Positions 9,256 to 19,491 of a stretch of DNA of 64,000 nucleotides are shown here, piece by piece; position 1 is the first letter of the stretch; every line of letters starts with the position of its first letter. The position numbers and the translations under genes were made by a program. The notes below the pieces were generated by a model. The model saw only the letters and a program-made list of their open reading frames with translations, had not been told where the DNA came from and ran no database searches. The stretch lies in the NCBI GenBank assembly GCA_964467915.1, contig CAYXSW010000001.1:1291-65290 (forward strand). The letters are read 5' to 3'. This DNA is from an uncultured Marinoscillum sp. (GTDB lineage Bacteria; Bacteroidota; Bacteroidia; Cytophagales; MED-G16).

Positions 9256-10837
9256 CTATCTGTTTATCAACAAAACTTTTCAAAATTAATAACATCACAC
9301 TTGACAAAGCAATAATCATTAAAGAATATACGCTTGAAAGAGGTAACATTTCCTCTATTGCAAACTCATACGTTTGAGTGGCTAAGGTATCAAAATTAAA
9401 TGGTCTGAGAATTAATGTCACAGGCAACTCTTTCATCACATCAATAAAAACCAAAATAAAAGCACTTAAAAGAGCGTATTTGTTTACTGGGAAATGAATC
9501 TTTTGTAATAATTTAAATGGACCAAGACCAAGATTTTTACCAGTATCATCAAAACTTAATGGTTGTTTTTCAATACTAGATTTTATGGGAGATTTACCTA
9601 CAGCTAAAAACCTTATTATGTATGCATAAAATAAAATAAAAAATGAGCCAACCAAAGAGTAAGAACTAAATAATAAGATTAAACCAAGGCCTACAACGGC
9701 TCCTGGCAGAGCATAGCCTAATGAGATAAGATTATTAATATGGGAAGACCAATTCTTTCTAGAAATTCTGTCTACAAAAAGGAAAAAAAGAGCAGTGGCT
9801 ATAATTAAAAAAGCAGAAAGTGTTGAAACATAAACCGAATTCCATGTCAATTTAATCAGTTTGAAAAAATCAATATCAGAATAAGTTATAATCACATTAT
9901 TAATAATAAAAAGAACGGGTATGACAAATCCAAAGAGAAAAGGAACAGCGCATACCGAGGTCATTAAAAAAGATGACTTTTTTTGTAATTTTTTATTAAT
10001 AACATCTGAGTTTTTAGAATAATAAAATTTTGACTTGTTGATTGTTTTTTTTTCTAGATAAAATAACACCAAAACAAAAATCAAAAGAATACACGCCAAT
10101 TGTATGGCTCCGTTAATATCCCCCAAAGAGAACCAAGACCTAAATATGCCTGATGTATAAGTATTTACACCAAAATATTTTACTGCTCCGTACTCATTTA
10201 AAACCTCCATAATAACCAAGAAAAGTCCTGAAAAAATAGCAGGTTTAGATAGAGGTAGAATGATTTTGTAAAAAGTTTGGGAGGAGTTCAAACCAAGGTT
10301 TTTTGAAACATTGATGTAGTTGGTTCCTATTAAACTAAAAGATACTCTTGATGCTGTATACACATAAGGATACAACGCCAGACCCATTAAAACACCTAGA
10401 GTTTCAATCTGCATATAATCAACATTTAGAAGGCTGCTTGGAACAAAAGAAATATTGTTTAGAAGTGTTTGAAAAAAGCCAGTATAACTAAGTAGGTCTA
10501 TATATGTGAACGCCATTATATATGAAGGAATAGCCAGAGGAAGGTACAAAACAAGGTCAAAAAAATTTCTTCCAAAAAAATTATAGTTACTAATAAACCA
10601 GGCGGGAATTAACCCAAAAAATAAAGCTGAAACACAGCAAATTAAAATTAATTTAAACGTGTTAATTGTGTAATCAAAGAGAACGGTTTCAACAAGATAA
10701 TTTAATGTCTCTCCCTGACCATTAAAAAGATTTAATATTAACACAAGAACAGGCAAGAGGATAAATATAGCTATTATTAAGCTAGTTATTACCCACCTTT
10801 TATTTTCAAAAAAAAAATTATTTTTATTTATTTCCAA
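9245..10837 (-). CDS. Iron ABC transporter permease (FbpB-type, duplicated permease)
   Basis: 530 aa and highly hydrophobic, with two permease halves. Overlaps the binding-protein gene by 10 nt. Confidence 0.8.
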   Translation of the reverse strand: MEINKNNFFFENKRWVITSLIIAIFILLPVLVLILNLFNGQGETLNYLVETVLFDYTINTFKLILICCVSALFFGLIPAWFISNYNFFGRNFFDLVLYLPLAIPSYIMAFTYIDLLSYTGFFQTLLNNISFVPSSLLNVDYMQIETLGVLMGLALYPYVYTASRVSFSLIGTNYINVSKNLGLNSSQTFYKIILPLSKPAIFSGLFLVIMEVLNEYGAVKYFGVNTYTSGIFRSWFSLGDINGAIQLACILLIFVLVLFYLEKKTINKSKFYYSKNSDVINKKLQKKSSFLMTSVCAVPFLFGFVIPVLFIINNVIITYSDIDFFKLIKLTWNSVYVSTLSAFLIIATALFFLFVDRISRKNWSSHINNLISLGYALPGAVVGLGLILLFSSYSLVGSFFILFYAYIIRFLAVGKSPIKSSIEKQPLSFDDTGKNLGLGPFKLLQKIHFPVNKYALLSAFILVFIDVMKELPVTLILRPFNFDTLATQTYEFAIEEMLPLSSVYSLMIIALSSVMLLILKSFVDKQIDVS

Positions 10838-11847
10838 CCTGTAGAATCAAATATTTTTATTGCATCTGACCTATACTCGCCTAGAGAATTAAGGTTTAAT
10901 TTATCAACCTTAAATTCACCCCATTTTTTTACTATTTCTGATGGTTGAACTAATTTGTTCACAGGATATTCATAGCTGTTATTAACATAAACCTCCTGAG
11001 CCTCAGGACTTGTTAAATACTCCATGAGCTTAATAGCATTTTCTTTATTTGGAGAGTTATTCGTTAACCCAATTGCTGAAACATTAATGTGACTCCCTCT
11101 TCCCTCTCCTTGATTAGGAAAAAAAACGCCAACTGATTTTCCAGCATGTAAGTCTGATTCTTTTTCAGAAGAAAGTAAAATTCCAATATAATATGAGTTA
11201 ACAATTGCAATATCGCCCTGTCCAGCCGCAATTGCTCTGACTTGATCACGATCACTACCCTTGGGATCCCTAGCAAAATTTGCAACTAGACCTGAAGACC
11301 ATTCCTTTGCTTTGTCATAACCCAAATTTGCAACTAATGAAGACATTAATGCCTGATTGTAAGCGTTCGATGAGGATCTGACCAGTATCTTATTTTTCCA
11401 AACAGGGTTAGATAGGTCTTCGTATGTGCTGAGCTCATCCTTTGAGACTCGGTCTTTGCTATACACTAATATTCTGGCCCTATAGGTTATAGGGGTCCAA
11501 TAACCATCTGGATCTCGTAAGTCACTTGAAACATTTTTATTCAAAATATCTGAAGAAACTTTTTGAAGTAAGCCCTGTTCCCTTGCGTGAAATAACTTTC
11601 CCGCATCCACAGTAATAAATAAATCTGCAGGAGAGTTTTTGCCTTCATTTTTTAATCTTTCTATTAACTCATCAGCATTTGCCTTTACTACATTCACCTT
11701 TATGCCTGTCAATTCTTCAAAGTTCTTATACTGTATCTCATCAACTGTGTAGTGTCTCTGGCTATATAAATTAACTTCGTTTGTAATTTCATTTTTTTGC
11801 GAACAGGAAATCACAAAAAAGAACATAATTAATATTAAACTTCTCAT
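10828..11847 (-). CDS. Fe3+ ABC transporter substrate-binding lipoprotein (FbpA/AfuA/FutA-like)
   Basis: From ATG 11847: MRSLILIMFFFVISCSQ lipoprotein signal. Ferric-binding-protein-like sequence with tyrosine-rich VNSYYIG. The ORF-track TTG start at 11880 adds 11 aa before the signal peptide, so I rejected it. Confidence 0.8.
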   Translation of the reverse strand: MRSLILIMFFFVISCSQKNEITNEVNLYSQRHYTVDEIQYKNFEELTGIKVNVVKANADELIERLKNEGKNSPADLFITVDAGKLFHAREQGLLQKVSSDILNKNVSSDLRDPDGYWTPITYRARILVYSKDRVSKDELSTYEDLSNPVWKNKILVRSSSNAYNQALMSSLVANLGYDKAKEWSSGLVANFARDPKGSDRDQVRAIAAGQGDIAIVNSYYIGILLSSEKESDLHAGKSVGVFFPNQGEGRGSHINVSAIGLTNNSPNKENAIKLMEYLTSPEAQEVYVNNSYEYPVNKLVQPSEIVKKWGEFKVDKLNLNSLGEYRSDAIKIFDSTGWK

Positions 11848-11852
11848 TTTTG

Positions 11853-11867
11853 TGTTATTTAGATTAA
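11853..11867 (-). promoter_or_regulatory. Second copy of the 15-nt motif TTAATCTAAATAACA (read on the minus strand)
   Basis: Plus-strand TGTTATTTAGATTAA. On the minus strand it is followed by CAAAA and then the fbpA-like ATG (11847). Confidence 0.5.
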
Positions 11868-11966
11868 TTCTAAACTGCAAGTAAACAAATTATTTATTAA
11901 AAACAAACTACGACATTATAAACAATCATAATATACATAAAGATATTTATCGTTAATTTTGAATAT

Positions 11967-13352
11967 ATGAAAACAAGAACAGAAAAAGATTCAATTGGGA
12001 ACATAAAAGTAATTTCTGATAAATACTGGGGGGCGCAGACCCAAAGGTCTCTTGAAAACTTTGACATAGGATTTGAAAAAATGCCATGGGAGATAATTGA
12101 AAGCTTTGCGGTCCTAAAAATGGCGGCCGCAGAAACTAATTTTGAATTAGGGGTTCTAGAGAAAGACAAAATGGAAATTATAGTTGCTGTTTGCGGAGAG
12201 GTGTTGGACGGAAAACTTATGGATCATTTTCCGCTTTCTGTATGGCAAACAGGTTCAGGAACCCAATCAAATATGAATGTTAACGAGGTAATTGCAAATA
12301 GAGCCCATGTTCTGATGGGCGGAAAATTAACAGATAAAAAGAAGAAAATTCACCCAAATGACGATGTTAACAAATCACAGTCTTCAAATGATACTTTTCC
12401 TACAGCAATGAGCATGTCATCTTATCACCTTATTAACAGCTACACAATCCCAGCTATTGAAAGTCTATCTGCAGAACTAAATAAAAAAGCAAAAGAATTT
12501 AAAGACATAGTGAAAATTGGAAGAACCCATTTCATGGATGCAACACCTTTAACTTTAGGAATGGAATTTAGTGGATACGTTTCTCAGCTAGACCACGCTG
12601 TGAAGACAATGAAGGAATCACTTCCATATTTATCCGAATTAGCATTAGGAGGAACTGCAGTGGGGACTGGGCTTAATACTCCAAAAGGATATTCAAAATT
12701 AGTTGCTGAAAAAATATCAGAAATTACTGGTTATAAGTTTGTTTCTGCTAAAAATAAATTTGAAGCGTTAGCTGCAAATGACGCTATAGTTAAAGCTTCA
12801 GCTGCTTTGAAAGGATGTGCTGTTTCTTTAATGAAAGTCGCAAATGATATAAGGATGTTGTCTTCTGGCCCAAGAAGCGGGATAGGAGAACTCTCCATCC
12901 CTGCTAATGAACCAGGTTCCTCTATAATGCCAGGAAAAGTTAACCCAACTCAATGTGAGGCTGTAACGATGGTTTGCTCACAGATTATTGGAAATGATAT
13001 TGCGGTAAGTGTTGGCGGAATGAGCGGACACTTTGAGTTAAATGTATTTAAGCCAATGATGGCTCATAATGTCCTGAACTCCGCAAGGCTTTTGGGAGAT
13101 GTTGCTAATTCATTCAATAAAAATTGTATAGTAGGGATAAAAGCAAACACTAAGCAAATTAAAGACCGGCTTGATAAATCATTAATGTTGGTGACCGCCT
13201 TGAACACACACATTGGTTATGATAATGCGGCAAAAATTGCAAAAAAAGCCTATGAAGATGGGTCGACTTTAAAAGAGGCTGCCTTAAAGCTAAAACTAGT
13301 TTCAGAAAAAGATTTTGACAAATGGGTTGACCCCAATAAAATGATTGGGTGA
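11967..13352 (+). CDS. fumC: Fumarate hydratase class II
   Basis: 461 aa. Fumarate-lyase signature [16 protein letters not shown] and full-length aspartase/fumarase architecture. Confidence 0.95.
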   Translation: MKTRTEKDSIGNIKVISDKYWGAQTQRSLENFDIGFEKMPWEIIESFAVLKMAAAETNFELGVLEKDKMEIIVAVCGEVLDGKLMDHFPLSVWQTGSGTQSNMNVNEVIANRAHVLMGGKLTDKKKKIHPNDDVNKSQSSNDTFPTAMSMSSYHLINSYTIPAIESLSAELNKKAKEFKDIVKIGRTHFMDATPLTLGMEFSGYVSQLDHAVKTMKESLPYLSELALGGTAVGTGLNTPKGYSKLVAEKISEITGYKFVSAKNKFEALAANDAIVKASAALKGCAVSLMKVANDIRMLSSGPRSGIGELSIPANEPGSSIMPGKVNPTQCEAVTMVCSQIIGNDIAVSVGGMSGHFELNVFKPMMAHNVLNSARLLGDVANSFNKNCIVGIKANTKQIKDRLDKSLMLVTALNTHIGYDNAAKIAKKAYEDGSTLKEAALKLKLVSEKDFDKWVDPNKMIG

Positions 13353-13356
13353 CCCA

Positions 13357-14121
13357 ATGATAGTTTACAAAACTTTAGAAGAAATTGAACTAATAAGAGA
13401 AAGTTCATTATTAGTTTCAAAAACACTAGGAGAACTCAAAAAGCTAATTTTTCCAGGAACACTTCCGGCTGATCTCGACAAAATAGCTGAAACTTTTATT
13501 AGAGATAACGGTGCTAAACCTGGATTTCTTGGAATGTACGACTTCCCAAACACATTATGTGTATCAATTAATGAGGAGGTGGTTCACGGGATACCTGGCA
13601 ACAAACCGTTACAGAACGGGGATGTGATTTCAATAGATTGCGGGGTTTTAAAAAACAAGTTTTATGGTGATCACGCCTATACTTTTGAGGTAGGAAATGT
13701 GACAAAAGAAGTGAAAACCCTTTTAGAGGTAACCAAAGAGTCATTATACAGAGGAATAAAAAAACTCAAAGTTGGAAATAGGATTGGAGATGTAAGCAGT
13801 GAAATACAAACGTATACAGAAAAGCGTGGTTATGGCGTGGTAAGAGAACTTGTTGGTCACGGCTTGGGGAAAAGCCTCCACGAAGAGCCCGACATACCAA
13901 ATTTTGGACATAAAAATACAGGGCCAAAAATAAAGAATGGGCTTGTTGTAGCAATTGAACCTATGATTAACCTAGGAAAAAAAGATGTAGAGCAAGGGCC
14001 TGATGGCTGGACAGTTATAACCACTGACAGAAAACCATCTGCTCATTTTGAACACAATATTGCAGTAGTCAACGGAAAGCCAGAAATATTATCAACTTTT
14101 GATTTTATTGAAAACGATTAA
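13357..14121 (+). CDS. map: Methionine aminopeptidase type I
   Basis: ATG at 13357 gives MIVYKTLEEIE. The ORF-track TTG at 13345 lies inside the fumC stop region. MetAP pita-bread motifs ISIDCGV, VGHGLG and AIEPMIN. Confidence 0.93.
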   Translation: MIVYKTLEEIELIRESSLLVSKTLGELKKLIFPGTLPADLDKIAETFIRDNGAKPGFLGMYDFPNTLCVSINEEVVHGIPGNKPLQNGDVISIDCGVLKNKFYGDHAYTFEVGNVTKEVKTLLEVTKESLYRGIKKLKVGNRIGDVSSEIQTYTEKRGYGVVRELVGHGLGKSLHEEPDIPNFGHKNTGPKIKNGLVVAIEPMINLGKKDVEQGPDGWTVITTDRKPSAHFEHNIAVVNGKPEILSTFDFIEND

Positions 14122-15616
14122 TGTATTCTAACATTTCATCAATATAATTTCTGTCGTTTGATAATCTTGGTATCTTATTTTGCCCTCCTAATTTCTTTTT
14201 TTTCTTTAACCAAAAATCAAAGAACCCTTCGTTCACAAAATGAACTTTAGGTGCTTTTAGTGCAATGTTTTTAAACCTCTTAGCATCATAGTCAGAGTTA
14301 GCCTTTCTAAGTTCACTGTCTAGTGTTTTAATGAATTCATTTTTGTTTTTCGGTGGCTTTTCGAGTTCAATAATCCACTCATGAGCTCCTTTTTTTTCAC
14401 CGGTTATAAATATTGGAGCAGCAGAGTAATTATAAAAAGAAACTGAAAATAATTTGCAGGCATTTGATATCGCGCTGTCTGCGTTTTGAACTACAACCTC
14501 TTCTCCAAACGCATTAATATAATGTTTAGTTCTCCCTGTAATTAGTATTCGATAAGGCTCCAGAGAAGAAAAACTAACAGTATCACCAATCTTATATCTC
14601 CATAATCCAGAAAAAGTAGAAATTAATAGCGCATACTCTTTATTGATCTTAACCTTACTTAAGTCACATATTTCTTTATTGGATAAGTCTTCAAACTCAT
14701 AAAAAACACCATGATTTGTTAATAAAATCATTTCCTTCAAATCAGGTCTGTCTTGAAAGGCAAAAAACCCTTCTGAGGCATTATAAGTCTCAAGGTATCT
14801 CATCTTATCATTAGGTATTAATTCGTCAAACAAGCTCTTGTAAGGAACAAAAGAAACTGCCCCATGAATGAATAATTCTAGATTTGGCCAGACCTCAAGA
14901 ATGTTTTTTTTACCAGTGATCTTTAGAACTTCTTTTATCAAAACAATGGTCCAAGTTGGAACACCTGAAAGGCTAGTAATATTTTGTTTTGAAGTTATCT
15001 CTGCCATAAGTCTTAGTTTCTTTTCCCAGTCTGACATCAAGGCAATTTCTGTCTTTGGTGTCCTTAGTTTTTTAGCCCACCACGGAAGTGTCTTTAACAA
15101 TATAGCTGATATATCTCCTGTAAAAATGCTTTTGTTTTTTTCATATGGCCCTAGCTGTTTGCTGCCACCAAGAGCTAACCCTAAACCATCAAACAAATTT
15201 GATTCTTTATAATTATTTAAATAAACTGAGAGCAAGTCTCTTCCTGCCTTAAAATGATTTTTATCAAGTGATTTTTGGGATACTGGAATGAATTTACTTT
15301 TATCATTCGTGGTACCTGATGACTTGGCAAACCATTTTATTTCACCTGGCCAAATTATGTTTTTCTCACCATGTAAAACTTTATCTATTTGAGAAAAAAA
15401 ATCTTCATAAGTTACTACAGGAATCTGATTAGAAAACTCTTCATAAGTTTGGATTTTGTCTAAAGCATACTTTTTACCATAATCAGAAGATCCTCCTTGG
15501 TTTATTAAATCCGTAAGTATAGTTTTTTGATGAGCAAGTGGGTTTTCTATAAACTTAGATATAGATTTTTTCCTCGTTTTAAGCAGAAATTTTGCAATAG
15601 AATTGAATAGACCCAT
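14105..15616 (-). CDS. GH3-family (auxin-responsive-promoter family) acyl-adenylate-forming enzyme homologue
   Basis: 503 aa. Adenylation loop FAKSSGTTNDKSKFIP and GH3-like length and layout. Starts 2 nt after the lptB stop. Confidence 0.8.
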   Translation of the reverse strand: MGLFNSIAKFLLKTRKKSISKFIENPLAHQKTILTDLINQGGSSDYGKKYALDKIQTYEEFSNQIPVVTYEDFFSQIDKVLHGEKNIIWPGEIKWFAKSSGTTNDKSKFIPVSQKSLDKNHFKAGRDLLSVYLNNYKESNLFDGLGLALGGSKQLGPYEKNKSIFTGDISAILLKTLPWWAKKLRTPKTEIALMSDWEKKLRLMAEITSKQNITSLSGVPTWTIVLIKEVLKITGKKNILEVWPNLELFIHGAVSFVPYKSLFDELIPNDKMRYLETYNASEGFFAFQDRPDLKEMILLTNHGVFYEFEDLSNKEICDLSKVKINKEYALLISTFSGLWRYKIGDTVSFSSLEPYRILITGRTKHYINAFGEEVVVQNADSAISNACKLFSVSFYNYSAAPIFITGEKKGAHEWIIELEKPPKNKNEFIKTLDSELRKANSDYDAKRFKNIALKAPKVHFVNEGFFDFWLKKKKKLGGQNKIPRLSNDRNYIDEMLEYINRFQ

Positions 15617-15618
15617 TA

Positions 15619-16362
15619 TTAAAGCTTTCTTTTAAGCTCAAACCTTTGTCCTAAATATAATTTCCTAACCTGCTCGTCTGATGCTAATTCTTCAGAAGTC
15701 CCCGATTTTAGTAACCTTCCTTCAAACATTAAATAAGCTCTATCAGTTATAGATAAGGTTTCGTCTACATTGTGGTCAGTTATTAAAATTCCAATGTTTT
15801 TTTTCTTTAAAGAGTAAACAATATTTTGTATTTCCTCAACAGCAATAGGATCAACGCCAGCAAAGGGCTCGTCTAATAAAATGAATTTGGGTTCTTTTGC
15901 TAATGCTCGCGCTATCTCCGTTCTTCTTCTTTCACCGCCAGACAAAACACTTCCCATATTATTTTGTATGCCCTCCAAGCTGAATTCAGCTAACAAAGTT
16001 TCAGCTCTTTCTTTTTGCTCACTCTTATTTAATCCTGTTCCTTCTAACACAGCAAGAATATTATCTCTCACACTTAAATTTCTAAACACTGACGCCTCCT
16101 GAGCTAAATATCCAATTCCTTTTCTTGCTCTCTTATACATCGGTAGCTTTGTTATGTTTTCAGAACCAAGGTGTACAACTCCAGAGTCAGGTTTTATTAA
16201 ACCAACTATAGAGTAAAAGGTTGTTGTTTTTCCTGCCCCATTTGGACCCAAAAGACCAACAATCTCACTTTGGGTTACTTGAATTGACACATCATCTACT
16301 ACTTTTTTTGTTCCGTATGTCTTTGATAATGAATCAGCAGATAATGACATTTTTTTGTTCAT
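15619..16362 (-). CDS. lptB: LPS export ABC transporter ATP-binding protein
   Basis: 247 aa. Walker [10 protein letters not shown], signature LSGGERRR, Walker [13 protein letters not shown]. Confidence 0.9.
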   Translation of the reverse strand: MNKKMSLSADSLSKTYGTKKVVDDVSIQVTQSEIVGLLGPNGAGKTTTFYSIVGLIKPDSGVVHLGSENITKLPMYKRARKGIGYLAQEASVFRNLSVRDNILAVLEGTGLNKSEQKERAETLLAEFSLEGIQNNMGSVLSGGERRRTEIARALAKEPKFILLDEPFAGVDPIAVEEIQNIVYSLKKKNIGILITDHNVDETLSITDRAYLMFEGRLLKSGTSEELASDEQVRKLYLGQRFELKRKL

Positions 16363-16420
16363 GAAACAAAAATATATATAAATAGTTTATATTATATGTT
16401 TTAAAGCTAACCAAGTTAAA

Positions 16421-16999
16421 ATGCTAAGAAGGAATAAGGTCAGGTTGTTTTTTTTCTTTTCAAATTTTTTAAAAGGCTTAGTCTTTTTTGCTTTTGCTTT
16501 AGCCTTTTACAAAATCTCATTTAATTATCTGGATTTATCTGCTCTAAAAAATCAAATTACAATAGATCTACCATCTGCTTTTGTTTTTATCTTGTTTTTC
16601 TTGTCTGAAGTGATCTTGGGAATCATTCCCCCTGAATTATTTATGATCTGGGCTATAACATCTAAGCCCATCTCGTCTTACCTTTCATATATAATAATAT
16701 TCTCTATCCTATCTTATACTGCGGGCTTTGCTGCCTTCTTGTTTGGAAAATATCTTCACAACACATGGCTTTATGAGTTTATGAAAAAAAATATAATTGG
16801 AAAATATGAAAGAAAAATTAATACTTACGGATGGCTTGTTATTGTGGTTGCGGCAATTACACCAATCCCCTTTTCAGCAACATCAGCTGTTGTTGGGGCT
16901 GTAGGGTTTGGTCAAAAGAAATACTTATTCTACTCTTTAGCCAGGTTTTTAAGGTATGCTATTTACGGCTTTCTTATATGGCTAGCGCACCCTTTTTAA
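16421..16999 (+). CDS. DedA/YqaA-like (VTT-domain) membrane protein
   Basis: 192 aa with 4-5 TM segments. The LSEVILGIIPPELFMIW motif is typical of short DedA/YqaA proteins. Confidence 0.5.
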   Translation: MLRRNKVRLFFFFSNFLKGLVFFAFALAFYKISFNYLDLSALKNQITIDLPSAFVFILFFLSEVILGIIPPELFMIWAITSKPISSYLSYIIIFSILSYTAGFAAFLFGKYLHNTWLYEFMKKNIIGKYERKINTYGWLVIVVAAITPIPFSATSAVVGAVGFGQKKYLFYSLARFLRYAIYGFLIWLAHPF

Positions 17000-18129
17000 A
17001 GATTTTTTATTTCTAAAATTTTTTCAACGACATAATCTGCCTCCTCAAGGGTATTGTACTTGCTAAAGGAAAATCGCACATTTACATGATCTTTTTTGGT
17101 TTTTATCTCATTTAACACGTGAGACCCTGAATCCGACCCACTTGTACAAGCGCTCCCAGCAGAGGCGGCAATATTATTAATGTCCAAATTAAAAAGAAAC
17201 ATTGGTTGATCTTCAATTTCTGGTATGCTTACATTTAAAACTGTATAAAGACTTTCTTCTGAATTTCCTGATAATCCGTTAAAATGAACTCCTGGTATTT
17301 TATTTTTCAAAGAACCAATCATGTGTTTTTTTAATAATAAAATTTTATTTCTATGAGACGCCATCTCTTCTGATGCTAGGCGAAGGGCTTCAGAAAGACC
17401 AACAATACCGTAAACATTCTCTGTGCCCCCTCTCATGTTTCTTTCTTGAGCGCCTCCGTGAATAAATGGAGATATTTTATGTTTATTATTTAAATATAAA
17501 AAACCAATACCTTTTGGTCCATGAAATTTATGAGCAGACCCAACAATTCCATGAATGTTAATTTCATTTAAGTTTAGAGGGTAGTGGCCTACTGTCTGAA
17601 CTGTATCTGAGTGAAATATAACACGATGCTGTTCACAAATTTTTGAAATTTGTTTTAAATCGTTAAGATTACCAATCTCATTATTTCCGTGCATCAAGCT
17701 AACAATAGAGTTTTTGTTTTTGTTAATAAGATTTTCAAGGTCCTCAAAATCAATTTTGCCTTTTTCGTCAGTTTGAACATACTTTATCTTTGTTTTATAA
17801 GATTTGCTTAAAAAATCACAACAATGCAAAACAGCGTGATGTTCGATTTTAGAAGTAATTATTGAATCTATCTTCTTCTCGTGCACAGTGTTTATTAGAA
17901 ACATGTTGTCAGCCTCAGTTCCTCCTGATGTAAAAAAAACTTCACCCGGCTCACAACATAAAATATCAGCAACCATTGTTCTTGATTTTTCTATTGCAGA
18001 TTTAATTTCTCTGCCTCGTTTATGAATAGAGGATGGGTTTCCAAAACCATTTTCCATAAATGGCAACATTTTATCTAAGACTTTCTTTTCAATTGGAGTT
18101 GTTGCTGCATTATCAAAATAGACATTCAT
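16996..18129 (-). CDS. Cysteine desulfurase (class V PLP enzyme, NifS/IscS-like)
   Basis: 377 aa. PLP-lysine motif SAHKFHGPKG and active-site Cys loop SAGSACTSG. Confidence 0.85.
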   Translation of the reverse strand: MNVYFDNAATTPIEKKVLDKMLPFMENGFGNPSSIHKRGREIKSAIEKSRTMVADILCCEPGEVFFTSGGTEADNMFLINTVHEKKIDSIITSKIEHHAVLHCCDFLSKSYKTKIKYVQTDEKGKIDFEDLENLINKNKNSIVSLMHGNNEIGNLNDLKQISKICEQHRVIFHSDTVQTVGHYPLNLNEINIHGIVGSAHKFHGPKGIGFLYLNNKHKISPFIHGGAQERNMRGGTENVYGIVGLSEALRLASEEMASHRNKILLLKKHMIGSLKNKIPGVHFNGLSGNSEESLYTVLNVSIPEIEDQPMFLFNLDINNIAASAGSACTSGSDSGSHVLNEIKTKKDHVNVRFSFSKYNTLEEADYVVEKILEIKNL

Positions 18130-19490
18130 ATTAACTGTAATTTAGATATAATTTTTTTAGATAAGTTCATAGACTTCTGGATCGTTTCTGCTTCAGAAAT
18201 AATTCTTATTACTGGCTCCGTGTTTGACTTTCTAACATGAACCCATGAGTTATCAAAATCAATTCTAATCCCGTCTTGGAGATCAATTTTTTGATTAGAA
18301 AATTCAATTTTAAACATATCAATAACCTTTTTAATATTTCCGTCAAACTTGGTTTTACTCTTTGTTATGTGATAAGACGGCAGTTGGTTTTTTAATGCTG
18401 ACAAAGACACTTCTCTGTCAGCTAAAAGAGATAAAATCATGCCTATGCCTATTAAAGAATCTCTTCCGTAGTGGGTTTTTGGATAAATAACTCCGCCGTT
18501 TCCTTCTCCTCCAATACACGCATTGAATTTTTTCATTTTTTCAACAACATTTATCTCCCCTACCGGAGAACAATAATATGAGCCTCCATGTTTTTCTGTA
18601 ATTTTTTTTAAGGCTAACGAAGAAGACAAATTAGAGCATGTAACTGGAGCTTTAAGTTCTGATATAAGAAATTCTGCAGCGGCTACAAGTGTGTACTCTT
18701 CCCCAAAAGGGACTCCTTTCTCATCAACTAAACACAGCCTGTCAGCGTCAGGGTCAACAACTAAACCCATATCAAAATCTCCGTTTTTAATTATATCACA
18801 AATCTCTGTTATGTTCTCAGGAAGCGGCTCTGGATTATGAGAAAAAACACCATTTGGCTCACAATTAATTTCATGGATTTTATCAACACCTATATGTCTT
18901 AAAAAAAGAGGTACCGCTACACCCCCAACTGAGTTTATTCCATCAACAGCGATCTTGAAATTTCTTTGTTTAATTTTACCCGTCAACAGTAATTTTTGAG
19001 AGAGAATTAATCCAACATGATCCTCTAGGGCCTTGTCATAATTGGTAATATTTCCTGGTTTATTTAATTCTGATTTTGTTCTAATTATATCTCTTATTAC
19101 TAGCGAAACATTTTCTGGAGACAAAAACTCACCCCTGTGATTCAGTAGCTTTAGCGCGTTCCACTTTTCATCATTATGGCTTGCTGAAACCATTATTCCG
19201 CCGCCGGCTTTTATTTTTTTTGTATATATCCCAAGTGTAGGGGTAGTTACCATGCCTATGTCAATCACATCACACCCCTCTGCAGACAAGGTGCTTAAGA
19301 CTATGTTAGATATTTTTTTTCCTGACCTTCTGGCGTCTCTTCCAACAACAACAAGTTTATTTTTGTGTGGCAAAATAATTTCTTGAAAATAAGCAAGAGT
19401 AAATTGCTGGACGTCTATATCGGAAAGTGATTCTCCTGGAATATTTTCAAGGGTACCTCTAATACCAGAAATTGATTTAATTAAAGTCAT
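18126..19490 (-). CDS. glmM: Phosphoglucosamine mutase / phosphohexomutase
   Basis: From ATG 19490: MTLIKSISGIRGT. Phosphoserine loop SASHNDEKWNALK and metal loop VVDPDADR. The ORF-track extension to 19553 would overlap the upstream small gene. Confidence 0.85.
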   Translation of the reverse strand: MTLIKSISGIRGTLENIPGESLSDIDVQQFTLAYFQEIILPHKNKLVVVGRDARRSGKKISNIVLSTLSAEGCDVIDIGMVTTPTLGIYTKKIKAGGGIMVSASHNDEKWNALKLLNHRGEFLSPENVSLVIRDIIRTKSELNKPGNITNYDKALEDHVGLILSQKLLLTGKIKQRNFKIAVDGINSVGGVAVPLFLRHIGVDKIHEINCEPNGVFSHNPEPLPENITEICDIIKNGDFDMGLVVDPDADRLCLVDEKGVPFGEEYTLVAAAEFLISELKAPVTCSNLSSSLALKKITEKHGGSYYCSPVGEINVVEKMKKFNACIGGEGNGGVIYPKTHYGRDSLIGIGMILSLLADREVSLSALKNQLPSYHITKSKTKFDGNIKKVIDMFKIEFSNQKIDLQDGIRIDFDNSWVHVRKSNTEPVIRIISEAETIQKSMNLSKKIISKLQLI

Positions 19491-19491
19491 A

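Noticed and set aside
10808-10817. A10/T10 homopolymer in the first codons of the iron permease gene, considered as a possible slipped-strand phase-variation switch
   Set aside because: Comparable runs occur in housekeeping genes, for example T10 at 44045-44054 and A9 at 44026-44034 inside mfd. They look like background composition of an AT-rich genome rather than contingency loci.
11915-11933. Fur-box-like AT-rich 19-mer (minus-strand TATTATGATTGTTTATAAT) upstream of the Fe3+ importer, and GATAAGTATTATT at about 2907-2919 upstream of the first TonB receptor
   Set aside because: Only about 10 of 19 positions match the classical GATAATGATAATCATTATC consensus, which is near chance in this composition.
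11954-11961. TAATTTTG (-7-box-like, TAnnTTTG) upstream of fumC
   Set aside because: It ends only 5 nt before the ATG, and I found no TTTG -33 element at the expected distance. The evidence is not enough to call a promoter.
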